The notes beneath the pieces are model-generated. The model saw nothing but the letters and a program-made list of their open reading frames with translations. It searched no databases and was not told the DNA's origin. A stretch of 64,000 nucleotides of DNA, taken from contig CM060731.1 of assembly GCA_030704615.1 (NCBI GenBank), positions 7,998,001 through 8,062,000 of the forward strand. Reading direction: 5' to 3'. A program made the translations under genes and the position numbers. The DNA is from Takakia lepidozioides (lineage: Eukaryota; Plantae; Bryophyta). Position 1 is the stretch's first letter. Every line of letters starts with the position of its first letter. This document shows positions 1 through 10,574 of the stretch, in pieces.

Positions 1-338
1 ACTCTCTGATTCGCGGATTGTTTCGTGGAAGGCGCCAGGATAGACGGTGCATTTGGCGGGCAAATGAAGTCCCCAACAGCCCTGTATATGACGCTGTCCG
101 ATGGTGGAACTCGCCATTCCCTGCCATCGCCGAAATCATCGTGGAGCACAACAATACTCTCGACAACAAGGCCGTTTGAGTCCTTCCTTTCCTCCTCCAA
201 AAAAACCGACCCCGGTTTCAGGTGGTATCGAACGCACAGATATTTCTCCATCACCCGGCAGGTGTCCCCTCTGCACGGAAATGAAGCTCTATGCTCGTGA
301 GGAGGGCAGTACACTGTAGCGCTCGGGTTTTCCGCCAT
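1..338 (-). CDS. 5' end of the MULE-like transposase of copy 1 (continues outside window)
   Basis: ATG at 338-336; near-identical to the reverse complement of 24011-24348 (MAENPSATVYCPPHEHRASF...). Confidence 0.8.
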   Translation of the reverse strand, partial: MAENPSATVYCPPHEHRASFPCRGDTCRVMEKYLCVRYHLKPGSVFLEEERKDSNGLVVESIVVLHDDFGDGREWRVPPSDSVIYRAVGDFICPPNAPSILAPSTKQSANQR

Positions 339-801
339 GGGAGATGTGCACACAAGACTGCCAGGATGGCGTGCGGGGAAGCTCCCTGGTAGAAGGGGGT
401 GCAGCGATGGGAATGAATGCGATGCCGATTTGTCCGAGCGACGAAGCCTGATCCAAATCCAGGGAGCCAACTATCTCAAAAATCCACAGTCAGAGTGTTA
501 ATGAACCTTATCTCCGGAATGCGGCCCCTGGTCTTTGCGCAATAACTGCCAACGGTATGCAGTCAATTACCTCTACGTTGGAAATTCCGGGACTGTTTAC
601 GTCGATTTTCATCCGACATGGAGGGCTTCATCCGACATTTAATTGCGCAGTTGGGCAATAAATGTCGACGGCCGTCGGTTATTATTTGGGCTGGCGACGC
701 ATGGCTTCCTGGACACGTACCCTAAATCTCATGCTAAACTTGGCTTAACATGGTATTCCAGGCATGTACCCCAAAAAAGGAGATCTCTTTGGCTAGGACT
801 T

Positions 802-3800
802 ATGCCGCCTGAAGGGCGTGGCTCTCCTGAGAGAGACCTCACATCCAGACCGCGGCGGAAGTTGAAAGCTCTGTACTACGGACGACGGCCAATCTCTCGC
901 ATGGCCAAACTGAAGCTCCAGCAGGAGATTCCAGTGTCTTGCTCACAACCTGCGCCAACTGAAGCCGAGTACTCTCAGGCAAGCCACTTCTGCTTTCGGT
1001 TTGTTCGATTTATTTTTTGCTTTCGCTTTGTTTTTGCATCTTCATCCTGGCTTTGCTGTATGAGTGAACTTTAGATAGTTGAGTGAACCTTAGATTGTTT
1101 GCAATGCGTGTGCAAATCCGGCAGCTCTGGAGAAGGCTGCTTGTGCATGTCATTCTTAGGCAATTGTTGCATTTGTTTTCATTGTTGTTGCATGGCTCTC
1201 CATACTTCCTAAACTTGTTATGTTTTCATTTTTGCTACATGATTGTTGCTATGGTGGTTGCGCTGCTCGTTGCGATGCTGCTTTTTGCACCGATGTTGGT
1301 TTTCACGATTTTTGTCAATGACAGAGTGACGACGAGCCCGGCACGCTGGTGGAATCATCAACAGCTCCAACTCATCGCATGTTTGAATCGCCCAACTTGG
1401 GGCGAGAGGGCAAACTTAAACCTTTTGTTGGTGGACGGGAGGACTTGCAACGAGATTACGACAGAGTAGGCATTGGGGAGGTTGGTGCAGGCGGCATGGC
1501 AGGTGAAGGGCGTGAGGACATGAGGACAGCAGATCCGGCAATGGAGGTTGTTCATGCACATGCAGTAGGGCCCGCCCACGCAAAGAAAAAGAAGAAAGCT
1601 AAGCACATGCAATCCCCGGCGAGAGAGCAGTCACGGGCTGCGGAGGGGGGAGTGAGCAGTGCGCGCGAGGGTGTCAGTTCGCCTCAATCAAAGGTGGTCG
1701 TCTTGGAGGGCTCCCCTGCTGCTAGCCCTAGTAAGAAACAGAAAGCCCGTGAGAGGGCAAAAGAGAGGGCAAAAGAACAGACGAGACAGAATGCTAGCCA
1801 GGAGGAAAGACAAAAGGCAGCTGAAGAGGCCAGGGGTGCCCAAATGACAGATGCCAATGTAAGCGAGGGACCCACAGAGACGGTGGATCCCTACAAGACA
1901 CCACAGAGAGGCAGTAGCACACCGGTTAGACCATCGCGGGCAAGAGCAGCCCCCGCAATTACCCATACGGTGGAGAGTGGAGGAGAGGAAAGAACACCTG
2001 AAAGAGCACGGATTGTGCAAGTTCGAGGTGAAGCCAGGGAGAGGGCAGTAGAGACGACGAGAGTGCTGGAGGTGGTTTCGCAGGAGGCTGACCCTGTTGA
2101 GGAGGACGACATGGAGGTTTCTGACCAGGATGACATCCTCCCGGACATCCCCAGGCCCCAAACCCGGAGCATACAGGCTGGATTTGGCGGTCCTGGTGGG
2201 CTGCCGGAAAACCCCTCTGCAGCAGACGTCATGTCTGAGGCGGATATGAAGTTGGCCGCTGCCAAGATGTTGGAGGCAACCCACAGCAACATTGGCAGGG
2301 TGCTGGGGGGCATGGTGTACCCGGCCAAGCTTCGAATTCCCCTTTGCCGCTTGGTGTCATTGCAGGTGGTGAGACCTGCCCTCCCAGGCGATATCGACAA
2401 GCTGAAATTCTCTTTCCGGGATGGATATCGAATGGGGTCTGCCGCCTTTTACGTTTCCATTGAGAACGACCACGGAGCTTCCCGTGCCCACACTTCCGAT
2501 GAGGTGGACAAATGGGGTCCCCATTGGCAAACGCGAAATGAGGAGTTCGAGAGATCGATTGCTAGTGATCCTCTTTTCCAGCACATGTCCGGCAAGATGT
2601 TCTACGTGTGGGACGGCAATCATCGCCTCCTGGCATGGATGGAGCACATTGCCCAAGCCCACCCCAATGATCTCGATTGGCATTTCGCCGTCGATTGTGT
2701 TGTGCTGAAGGTTGCGGGGCCCAAAGATCGCAGTCTTCTCAAAGCTGCAATGGCCGACATCAACTCGTAAGCTACAACCCCTCTCGCTTTTGGACTTTGA
2801 ATTTGGAAGTCATTTCATTGCGAATCCTCATATATGATGAAAATTCCCATTTCAGTATTGTTTGATGGAAATGTGGCACTGCAGGGTGACTGAGAATGCC
2901 TTCATTGCCACCAACTTGTCCCATATGCTCTTCCGAGTGAAGGATGTCGGGAAGCAGGGGGTGCAAGAGTTTGCCAATTCCCTCAGTGCCGACCTCCTGC
3001 GCAAGTCGGAGGCAAAGGCAGACAGAACCTGGTATAGGCTGAGCGTCGACGCCATGGTGGACTACATATTTCGCGTAAAGCTCCTGACAGTTTTGTTGAG
3101 CTAGTCTGTCTCTCCTCCCCCAATAGAAGAAATTGTGTTGAGCAGGATCTCTAATCTTATGTGCGCCTTTTCGACAGACGAAAATACAGCAGGATTTGGC
3201 ACATGCGCGGAGGTTCTACATGGAGTCAGAGGAGAAGAATCCAACCCTCCCGGAACTCGAATCGTATGTCAAAGCTGCGGAGGTGAGGGCCCGCATAAAG
3301 TACAAGTCGCGGATGGTAAAGTACGTGGCCATAGCTGATCCCGCCCTTAGTGCCGACTTTCTGGTGGAGGTGGGGAAGCACTACTCTCGCGCTCTGAAGC
3401 CCACGATGACATTGGAGAAGCTCCATCGTCTAGCCACATCCTGTGTGGATGCAACAGAAAAGGTGATACATTCTTAACCAAATTGTGGTGGCAACAACTC
3501 CTTTTTGTGGTGTTTGGCGCTTACGAATATGCTGGGTGGTTGGACAGACCCGGTGGCTCCAAATCTGGAATGGTTCCCAAAGTACCAGGGACATGTGGAG
3601 CTTCCCTAAACCGGACAAACTCTCTGACCCCACATTCGACATGTGGATGAACCGCATGACATGGTGGTTTCAGGTACATCCCCACGCTTCGTTTGGGGCT
3701 TCTACTCTAGTAGGGGGTGGATTCATTGTATTTTTTGAGGAAAGCGATCTGATGGACAATCTCCACAGGTGACGACGAATGCGCAAGAGCAGCTGGACAC

Positions 3801-6800
3801 ACAAGCACATCAGTTCAAGATGGAGATATCTCCTGCAGCAGAGAGCCTACGTGACTATGTGACGAGGTACTTTCTGCTCTACAAAACCAACCTATTCTTT
3901 CGGGAGATAGCAGATGCTCGCCGGAGCCACGAGTTCACCGACCAGCCGAACGCGGACAAAGCAGCAATGCGCCTTCTGTACAGGTACATACGCGCTGCCT
4001 TTCTTTCAAGTCCTGGCATTTCAGGATGTTAGAGGCCTAAGTGGTGTTAGGGAAAATGGCGCCGAATTTCCAGTCAGGGCTCCGAAAATGGCAAAGTCCC
4101 TAGACTGGCTGGCCCGGAACTGGAAATTCGGCGCCATTTTCCAGTTCCAGGCCCTATTGCCGTTCAGGGACTTAGCCATTTTCGGCCTAAGTCCCTAGTG
4201 TGGCTGGCCCGGAACTGGAAATTCGGCGCCGTTTTCCAGTTCTAGGCCCTATTGCCGTCCAGGGACTTAGCCATTTTCGGGCTAAGTCCCTAGGGTGGCT
4301 GGCCCGGAACTGGAAATACGGCGCCGTTTTCCAGTTCTAGGCCCTATTGCCGTCCAGGGACTTAGCCATTTTCGGGCTAAGTCCCTAGGGTGGCTGGCCC
4401 GGAACTGGAAATTCGGCGCCGTTTTCCAGTTCTAGGCCCTATTGCCGTCCAGGGACTTAGCCATTTTCGGGCTAAGTCCCTAGGGTGGCTGGCCCGGAAC
4501 TGGAAATTCGGCGCCGTTTTCCAGTTCTAGGCCCTATTGCCGTCCAGGGACTTAGCCATTTTCGGGCTAAGTCCCTAGGGTGGCTGGCCCGGAACTGGAA
4601 ATTCGGCGCCGTTTTCCAGTTCTAGGCCCTATTGCCGTCCAGGGACTTAGCCATTTTCGGGCTAAGTCCCTAGGGTGGCTGGCCCGGAACTGGAAATTCG
4701 GCGCCGTTTTCCAGTTCTAGGCCCTATTGCCGTCCAGGGACTTAGCCATTTTCGGCCTAAGTCCCTAGGGTGGCTGGCCCGGAACTGGAAATTCGGCGCC
4801 GTTTTCCAGTTCTAGGCCCTATTGCCGTCCAGGGACTTAGCCATTTTCGGGCTAAGTCCCTAGACTGGCTAGCCCTGAAGTGGAAATTCGACGCCATATT
4901 CCAGTTCCAGGCCCTATTGCCGTCCAGGGACTTAGCCATTTTCGGTCTAAGTCCCTAGGGTGGCTGGCCCGGAACTGGAAATTCGGCGCCGTTTTCCAGT
5001 TCTAGGCCCTATTGCCGTCCAGGGACTTAGCCATTTTCGGGCTAAGTCCCTAGGGTGGCTGGCCCGGAACTGGAAATTCGGCGCCGTTTTCCAGTTCCAG
5101 GCCCTATTGCCGTCCAGGGACTTAGCCATTTTCGGGCTAAGTCCCTAGACTGGGTGGCCCTGAAGTGGAAATTCGGCGCCATATTCCAGTTGTAGGCCCT
5201 ATTGCCGTTCAGGGACTTAGCCATTTTCGGACCTCATTGTGTTTTTCATGAATGCAGGTACTGTAAGTTCTCGCTTTTGGAGAAAGGTCATCTGTCTTTC
5301 GAGCCACCATTCTTCCTGGCATGGAGGAACCCTGGGGCTGACTCCATGTACACTGACGATATTGTGAAGGAGTGGCATCTGGAACATTTGCGTGATTGCC
5401 CTTGGTATGTGGACCTTCCGCCCGGCTCGCTCGACCCATCCGAGTTTCAATTGAAGCTGGATGCTGAATTCCGACGAAACCGGGCTCCGCTGCCTCCGTT
5501 GGGTGCAAAAGAGGCAAAAGCGCTTGCGAACTCCAGGAAAGCGGCAGAGCTTGCTCAGGCAGGAATTCAGGAGAAATTGCATGAGAAGAGTAAAGGTCAA
5601 AGGAAAAGGACAAGGAAACAGGTGACTGCAGTAACACCCAAAAAGAAGACAACCATCGGGGCATCGGAGGAGGCGCAGGAGGGGACCCAAGAGAGTGACT
5701 CCGACGCCGATTTTGTTCAAGGTCCTGCGACTGCTGTTGCTCCTACCCAGTCACCGGTCGTCCGGGTTCCCAAGTCAGTTCGGAGTGGGACTGGCTCTGC
5801 CAAGAAGTTGGCATTTGAGGGCGAGCCTACACGGCGGTATTCGGCGGTGACGTTTACGCACAGGCCAAAGCTAGAACCTCCAACCATCATCCAATGCGTC
5901 AATGAGAGCTTCCTTGACGCTCTCGCTGCCAGGGCGAAGAAGGTGGCACACAACAAGTCTCTGGCGGAGCAGAAGGGGAAAACCAAGAAGAGGGCTGCCG
6001 GTACAGAGCCTAAAGACACCCCTGGTTTTGAAGCCATGATGGAATTCTTCACGGCTGTGAGCACGAATTGCAAGAGCACTTGGGGGGGGGTTGAGGTGGA
6101 GAGAGCTTGCGACATGATTCTCCTCGACATTCCAGATGGGGAGCTGCTGGAGGGCCTGGATGGTGTGCCCACCTGGAACAGGTTTACTGAGGACTACTGG
6201 AAAGCCGGGTTTGGGCTGGCGGGGATGCTTCTGGATGACGGTGGATGTGTGGTTGTCCTTGCCACGAGAGGGAAGACCACAGAGAATGCGGTGGCAAGGT
6301 GGACACCGAAAAGTGTCACCCCGGTCCTCCTCAGAAAATGGTTCTGCATCAGTACGCAGGGGTTGCGAACAGAGGGCCAAAGTGTAAGTTATCAATCTAT
6401 TGCATTCACTTCATATTGTGGTGTATGTTAAGTAGACCCTGGAATTGATCCCTTCTTTGTTGGATGTGCAGACATTGGTGTTTGAGGCATATTGCTTTGT
6501 GAAGAGAGGGTCTACGTTCAAATTCCGCAACGACGGTCGTCTTGTTGATGCCGCTGTGGACCCTGTAACCTACGATGTCCTCTACAACTATGTGCCCCAC
6601 TCTAGTATGCCGAAGGACACAAAGACAGGCAAACCGTGGCGGTACAGCCGGACCCGGAGCCCTGCTTTCATCGAAACCCTCATGGAGACGTGCTCGGATG
6701 TCCAAGGGCGGATTCTGGACCTCACATGCGGCACGGGTAAGCCTTCACGTGCTCAGTTTGTCCCCTGGCCCCATTGCAATTGCATGCCGCAAGCTATTAA

Positions 6801-7608
6801 CCGCCCGCTTTGTTCCTCAGGTGCTTCAATGTGGGCAGGGACGTTGTCCGACAGGCATGTGTTCGCCTTCGAGCCAGATACTGCCCTCCACAACTCGGAA
6901 CTTGCAGCGGCTGAACGTCTGCCGAAAGAGGAAGAGGCATCCTCGGAGGATGAGGAAAAATCCGAGAAGGAGCAGGGGGAGGAAGTTGGGATCGAGGCCG
7001 AGGAGCCCCCGGTTTACGAGTGAGTGGTGGCATTGTAAGTTGCCTCCAGATTTTGTGAGGCACCTCCCTCCGCTCTCTTATTTCATTGAAAACCCTTTCT
7101 GGTTGTGCTGGTATTGACATTCTTCAAGTGGATTTGTTCTTACTGTAGGATGCCAAGTACTGCCAGAGGGACGTCTACACCGGAGTTCATGGGCAGGAGG
7201 AACGTGCCTTTTTTTGCCAGGGGGGATTTCATGCCTAGTCCAGAAAGGGAGTACATCCTTCCTACTTATGCTGCCCGGCTTGCTTCGGTGTCCATTAGGA
7301 GGTGTTCCGAACGTAGTCGTGTACAGCAGATTTTAGACGAGGCAAGCCTCAAGAAAATGAAGATGAGGGAGGAGGCAGCAGCTATTAGAGCCCGTCGGGC
7401 TCGTAGATTTGTGTTGGATTCTGCTGAGGAAAGTGGGGGAGAAGACGCAGAAGATTCCCAGGAGGTGAGGTGGACAGTCCCCCAAGGAGAGGACGGGATT
7501 TTTGAGAGGCATAGTGGAACTGATGCATCACAGAGCTCGGAGGATGAGGGGGATGAGGGGGATGAGGAAGAAGGTGGGGCAAGTTCCTCGGAGGGTGTAG
7601 GAGAGTAG
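802..7608 (+). CDS. Spliced ParB/Srx-like domain + beta-class N4C/N6A DNA methyltransferase-fold protein (~1494 aa), transposon cargo
   Basis: Exons 802-978 (GC donor, least certain), 1325-2766, 2885-3074, 3178-3462, 3548-3673, 3769-3983, 5258-6383, 6472-6736, 6821-7019 and 7149-7608 join in frame (4485 nt) with no internal stop. ParB-like motifs IPLCRL..VRP and FYVWDGNHRLLAW. MTase motifs in beta order: CDMILLDIPDG (motif IV position), LLDDGGCVVV, RSPAFIETLMETCS, GRILDLTCGT|GAS (motif I, split by an intron), VFAFEPD. Confidence 0.8.
4050..5230. repeat. Intronic tandem array of 12 x 95 bp units, each with two hairpin-forming inverted repeats
   Basis: Units start at ~4096, 4191, 4286, ... 5141. 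Each has AACTGGAAATTCGGCGCCGTTTTCCAGTT; most have AGGGACTTAGCC-attttcg-GGCTAAGTCCCT. Lies in the intron 3984-5257. Confidence 0.95.
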
Positions 7609-7769
7609 TGCCCATTCCGGCTATGACAGTTAGAACACACTTGTATAGACGTGGCTTGCCACAAAATTTGCAATAAAATGTTGCATTTCAAGTCCACTGG
7701 TGCCACATTCCAACTTCACATGACCCTATTTCCGTGCCTCCTAACCCTATTTCCGTGGACTCACAATGG

Positions 7770-7830
7770 TCTGCTCATGCTTTTTTTTTTTCCGCTCATG
7801 CTCATGCCGCTCATGAAATAGCAGCCCCCG
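7770..7830. repeat. Terminal inverted repeat (MTase-side end) of the MULE-like element
   Basis: CTGCTCATG...TCCGCTCATGCTCATGCCGCTCATGAAATAGCAGCCCCCG, homologous to 28281-28350; internal GCTCATG repeats. Confidence 0.75.
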
Positions 7831-8944
7831 CAAGTAGATTATTGGCTTCATTCCAAGCCTTGTTAGTGACCGAGATTTCATTTCTATTGGCCATGATCGT
7901 TTGTTGCAACTCCAGGATGTGCCTCTCTTGATCAGCTTCAATTTGCCTGTATTGCTTGAAAGTATCCTCATTGCGACAGATTGTATTCTTCATATCGACA
8001 ATGAGTTTCATTTGCTCAACATTCTCTGCTTCTGCCTTCATACCTTTTTTTGCTTGACTGTTTATTTCTTTTGTAGTTTGGTCAAGCATAGTTGTGAGTG
8101 TAGCACATTGTATGGCCACCCTGTCATGCACTGTCTGCAACTCCGTATGTAGTGCATTCACTTCTTGCAACTTGCTTTCATGCTTCACCTGCATTTGGTA
8201 TAGCTGTTGCTTATGTGCTTCGTGCAATTGGTCTTGCGCGAGGCCTGCCTCAATCAATTGTTCCTTGGCCAATTGCAAAGCCGCTTCTGTATTCTCCAAG
8301 TCTTGCTGCATCTTGAGAGTGACCTCTTCATCGACCTTGTTTGCACACTCAGTGGCTAGTCGAGCCTCAAACTCCTTCCTGAGTTCCTCTCTCAAGGCTG
8401 TCAATTGGGTAGTTGGAACATGGGATTTGACATAAGTCCCTAACAAATTAAGTGTCCTGCCTATGGAACTCATAAGCATTGCCTGTTGAGGGTCATCATG
8501 GTGAGCTTGCTACTGTTCTCCCTAATCCTCAACAGTGTGATGTCTCACGAACCACTCAGGCCATTGTCCCACCAGATTTTCTTCCTGAACCACTTCATCC
8601 ATCACCGGTGCTGCAGTGTCTTGACATTCTACCTGTGGTACCTCCGACACAGGTGTGTGTATTATATGCACCTCAGGACTTCCCTTGGGCAACAATTGCA
8701 CCTCTGGAATCTCTGTCTCCTTGACCAGACCAGAATATTCATAGAGAAGGTCCCCCTTCTCAATTTCTGCCACTATCTGTTCTGTAGTTGGAATATCTAA
8801 CCCTTCTTTTTCCAAATCAATTATTTCTGGTTGAGCTGCATGGACAACTTGTAACCTTGTGACAAGTCGATCATTTGGCTGTGATGGCTTTGATACTGAA
8901 GTAACTTCCTCTTCCCTCTCTAAAGGTCCTGCTTCTAGTAATAG
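7831..8944 (-). pseudogene. C-terminal part of the extra 3' ORF (acidic, then coiled-coil) of the non-chromovirus retroelement
   Basis: In-frame continuation of ...QQHKELL into LLEAGPLEREEEV...; two in-frame TAG stops near 8510-8524; ORF 7811-8479 is coiled-coil rich and runs into the MULE TIR. Confidence 0.65.
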
Positions 8945-9667
8945 TGTCGCACACCTCAGTTCGGTAAACTCCCTTCAAGTCATAGTTACTCGTTTTGATG
9001 CGCGCGCCTGACTCCCAACCTGGCCCCCAGGCCAAGTTGGAGTTTCGGCTGCTCACCGGGACATAACGGTCCCCTTCCGCTTCCCTCTAAACCCTCCACC
9101 TATTTGGGACTAGGAGAATTCCCTTTGGTAGATGGCAGTCCGGAACAGCTCCCCACTCTTTGGTCGCTTTCCGGCTCGCTCGCTTACTCACTAGTTTTTG
9201 GTCACCAACGGGCTTGCACCGTTCTCGGGGTTACTACTCCCTATATATACTTCTGTAGCTGTCCGCGGGGGTTTCATAACCAGCCATGCCATTTTATGGC
9301 GAACCACCACGAAAACCCTCGACTCCCGGTGGTGAGTCGCGGTGAGTCTTGGCCCACTCACCGCGGCCCCAATGGACCGTGATGAGTCCCAAGACTCCCC
9401 ACGACTCCCACCTCGAGGTCTCCTCCCCATGGTGAGTCCTATGCCACCCCCACTAAGTCCCACTAAGCTACCACCACCCCTTGTGGAGCCACCTCCACCG
9501 CAACCCGGTGTGCGGGGCTCCACCTAGTGAGCGCCTCCGCCTCCTTGAGTGCCTTGGGCACTCAAGGGTGCTTCAGCCCCCCATACCTATCGCTGCCGCT
9601 GCCCCCACCACAGGGGCAGCCCCTCATGTGTCCCGACCCCCTGCCCTCAAGGCAAAGGGCCGCGACA
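8945..9667 (-). repeat. 3' LTR of the chromovirus
   Basis: Direct repeat of 15192-15914; one mismatch seen (8993 T vs 15240 C). Confidence 0.95.
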
Positions 9668-10574
9668 CACACCCCTACCAACAGGGAGTCGATGTCCTCA
9701 TCGACTTTGTCCATTTTGTAGAAACGAACGTCCAAGTTGTGGCGTCCCACATCAAGGAGTTTGTTTCCGTACCATGGCGTCCCATGGCAAAGAACCAAAC
9801 CCCACACTTGACTCCACTCTCCACTAGCTAGTTCGGCCGACTTCCTCCAAGTCCCGGCCAAGGGTGGAGCCTCTCCAGCTCCCCCCAGTGCACTCTTCTT
9901 GGCCTACTTCAAGGCCAAGGAACGATCCTCCCCGAGGATCGAATCGCCTTACTGCAACAACATTGCTTGCGATCGCTCATGATGCCGCTTTTGGCATCAC
10001 CTTGAGCAAGGGTTCACCTGGAACCCTCTTTGACTAGGAAGATAACCTTGAACCAACCGTGCGCCCCAATCACTACAATTGGGTCCGCCTTGGAATGCTG
10101 GCCTGAGGTACGGGAACACGCCGAAGCCGCACTACGACTTCGTCCCGAGGCTACACGATTATAGTACGTGAACGGAAGCACGTAGCTTCCGCGTTAGCCC
10201 GCACTACAAGGCAACCCCCTCGGTAGCGCAGTTATAGTACGCGCACGCGCCAGGTGCGCACTAGCACTTGAACTCCCAAATAAGGCGCAAGTTTCCTTGC
10301 CCCTTGGATGGGAGTCACCCGATTTCGGCACTGCGCAAACACACGATTAACTCAATTTACCTCTCCCACTTTTGTAAGCTAGCATGCATTCTACACACCA
10401 GCCAACCACACCATGCATCACCATTCCAAACACAATAGGACGCACAATATTTGGAACCCATTTCCTTTATCACAAATTTTTGTACAATACAAGTTTTTGC
10501 AATCGGATTCCTGAGCTAGCTAAACCGGGCTAAGCATGCATTTCCTCCCCCACGCTCCAAGGTTGATGTCCCCA

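Larger units (their letters stand above)
1..7830. mobile_element. Mutator-like TIR DNA transposon, copy 1 (left part outside window); carries the transposase 5' end (-) and the ParB-MTase gene (+)
   Basis: 1-567 is the reverse complement of ~23782-24348, and 568-1550 of ~21871-22872. It ends in ...CCGCTCATGAAATAGCAGCCCCCG (7830), matching the end of copy 2 (...TTCATGAAATAGCAAACCTCG, 28350). Retroelement sequence starts abruptly after this point. Confidence 0.8.

Noticed and set aside
4096-5230. CRISPR-like array of palindromic repeats
   Set aside because: Sequences between the palindromes are identical rather than unique spacers, there are no cas genes, and the array lies in a spliceosomal intron.
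802-7608. Bacterial contamination as the source of the ParB-MTase
   Set aside because: The gene has nine spliceosomal-type introns in phase, one splitting the SAM-binding motif, and is interleaved with plant LTR elements.
7105-7608. Separate third gene in the transposon
   Set aside because: A GTGAGT donor at 7020 and an AG acceptor at 7147-7148 join it in frame to the MTase gene; it is treated as the last exon.
9104-9861. Pro/Gly-rich ORFs duplicated at 15351-16176
   Set aside because: They lie within the LTRs; no coding signature.
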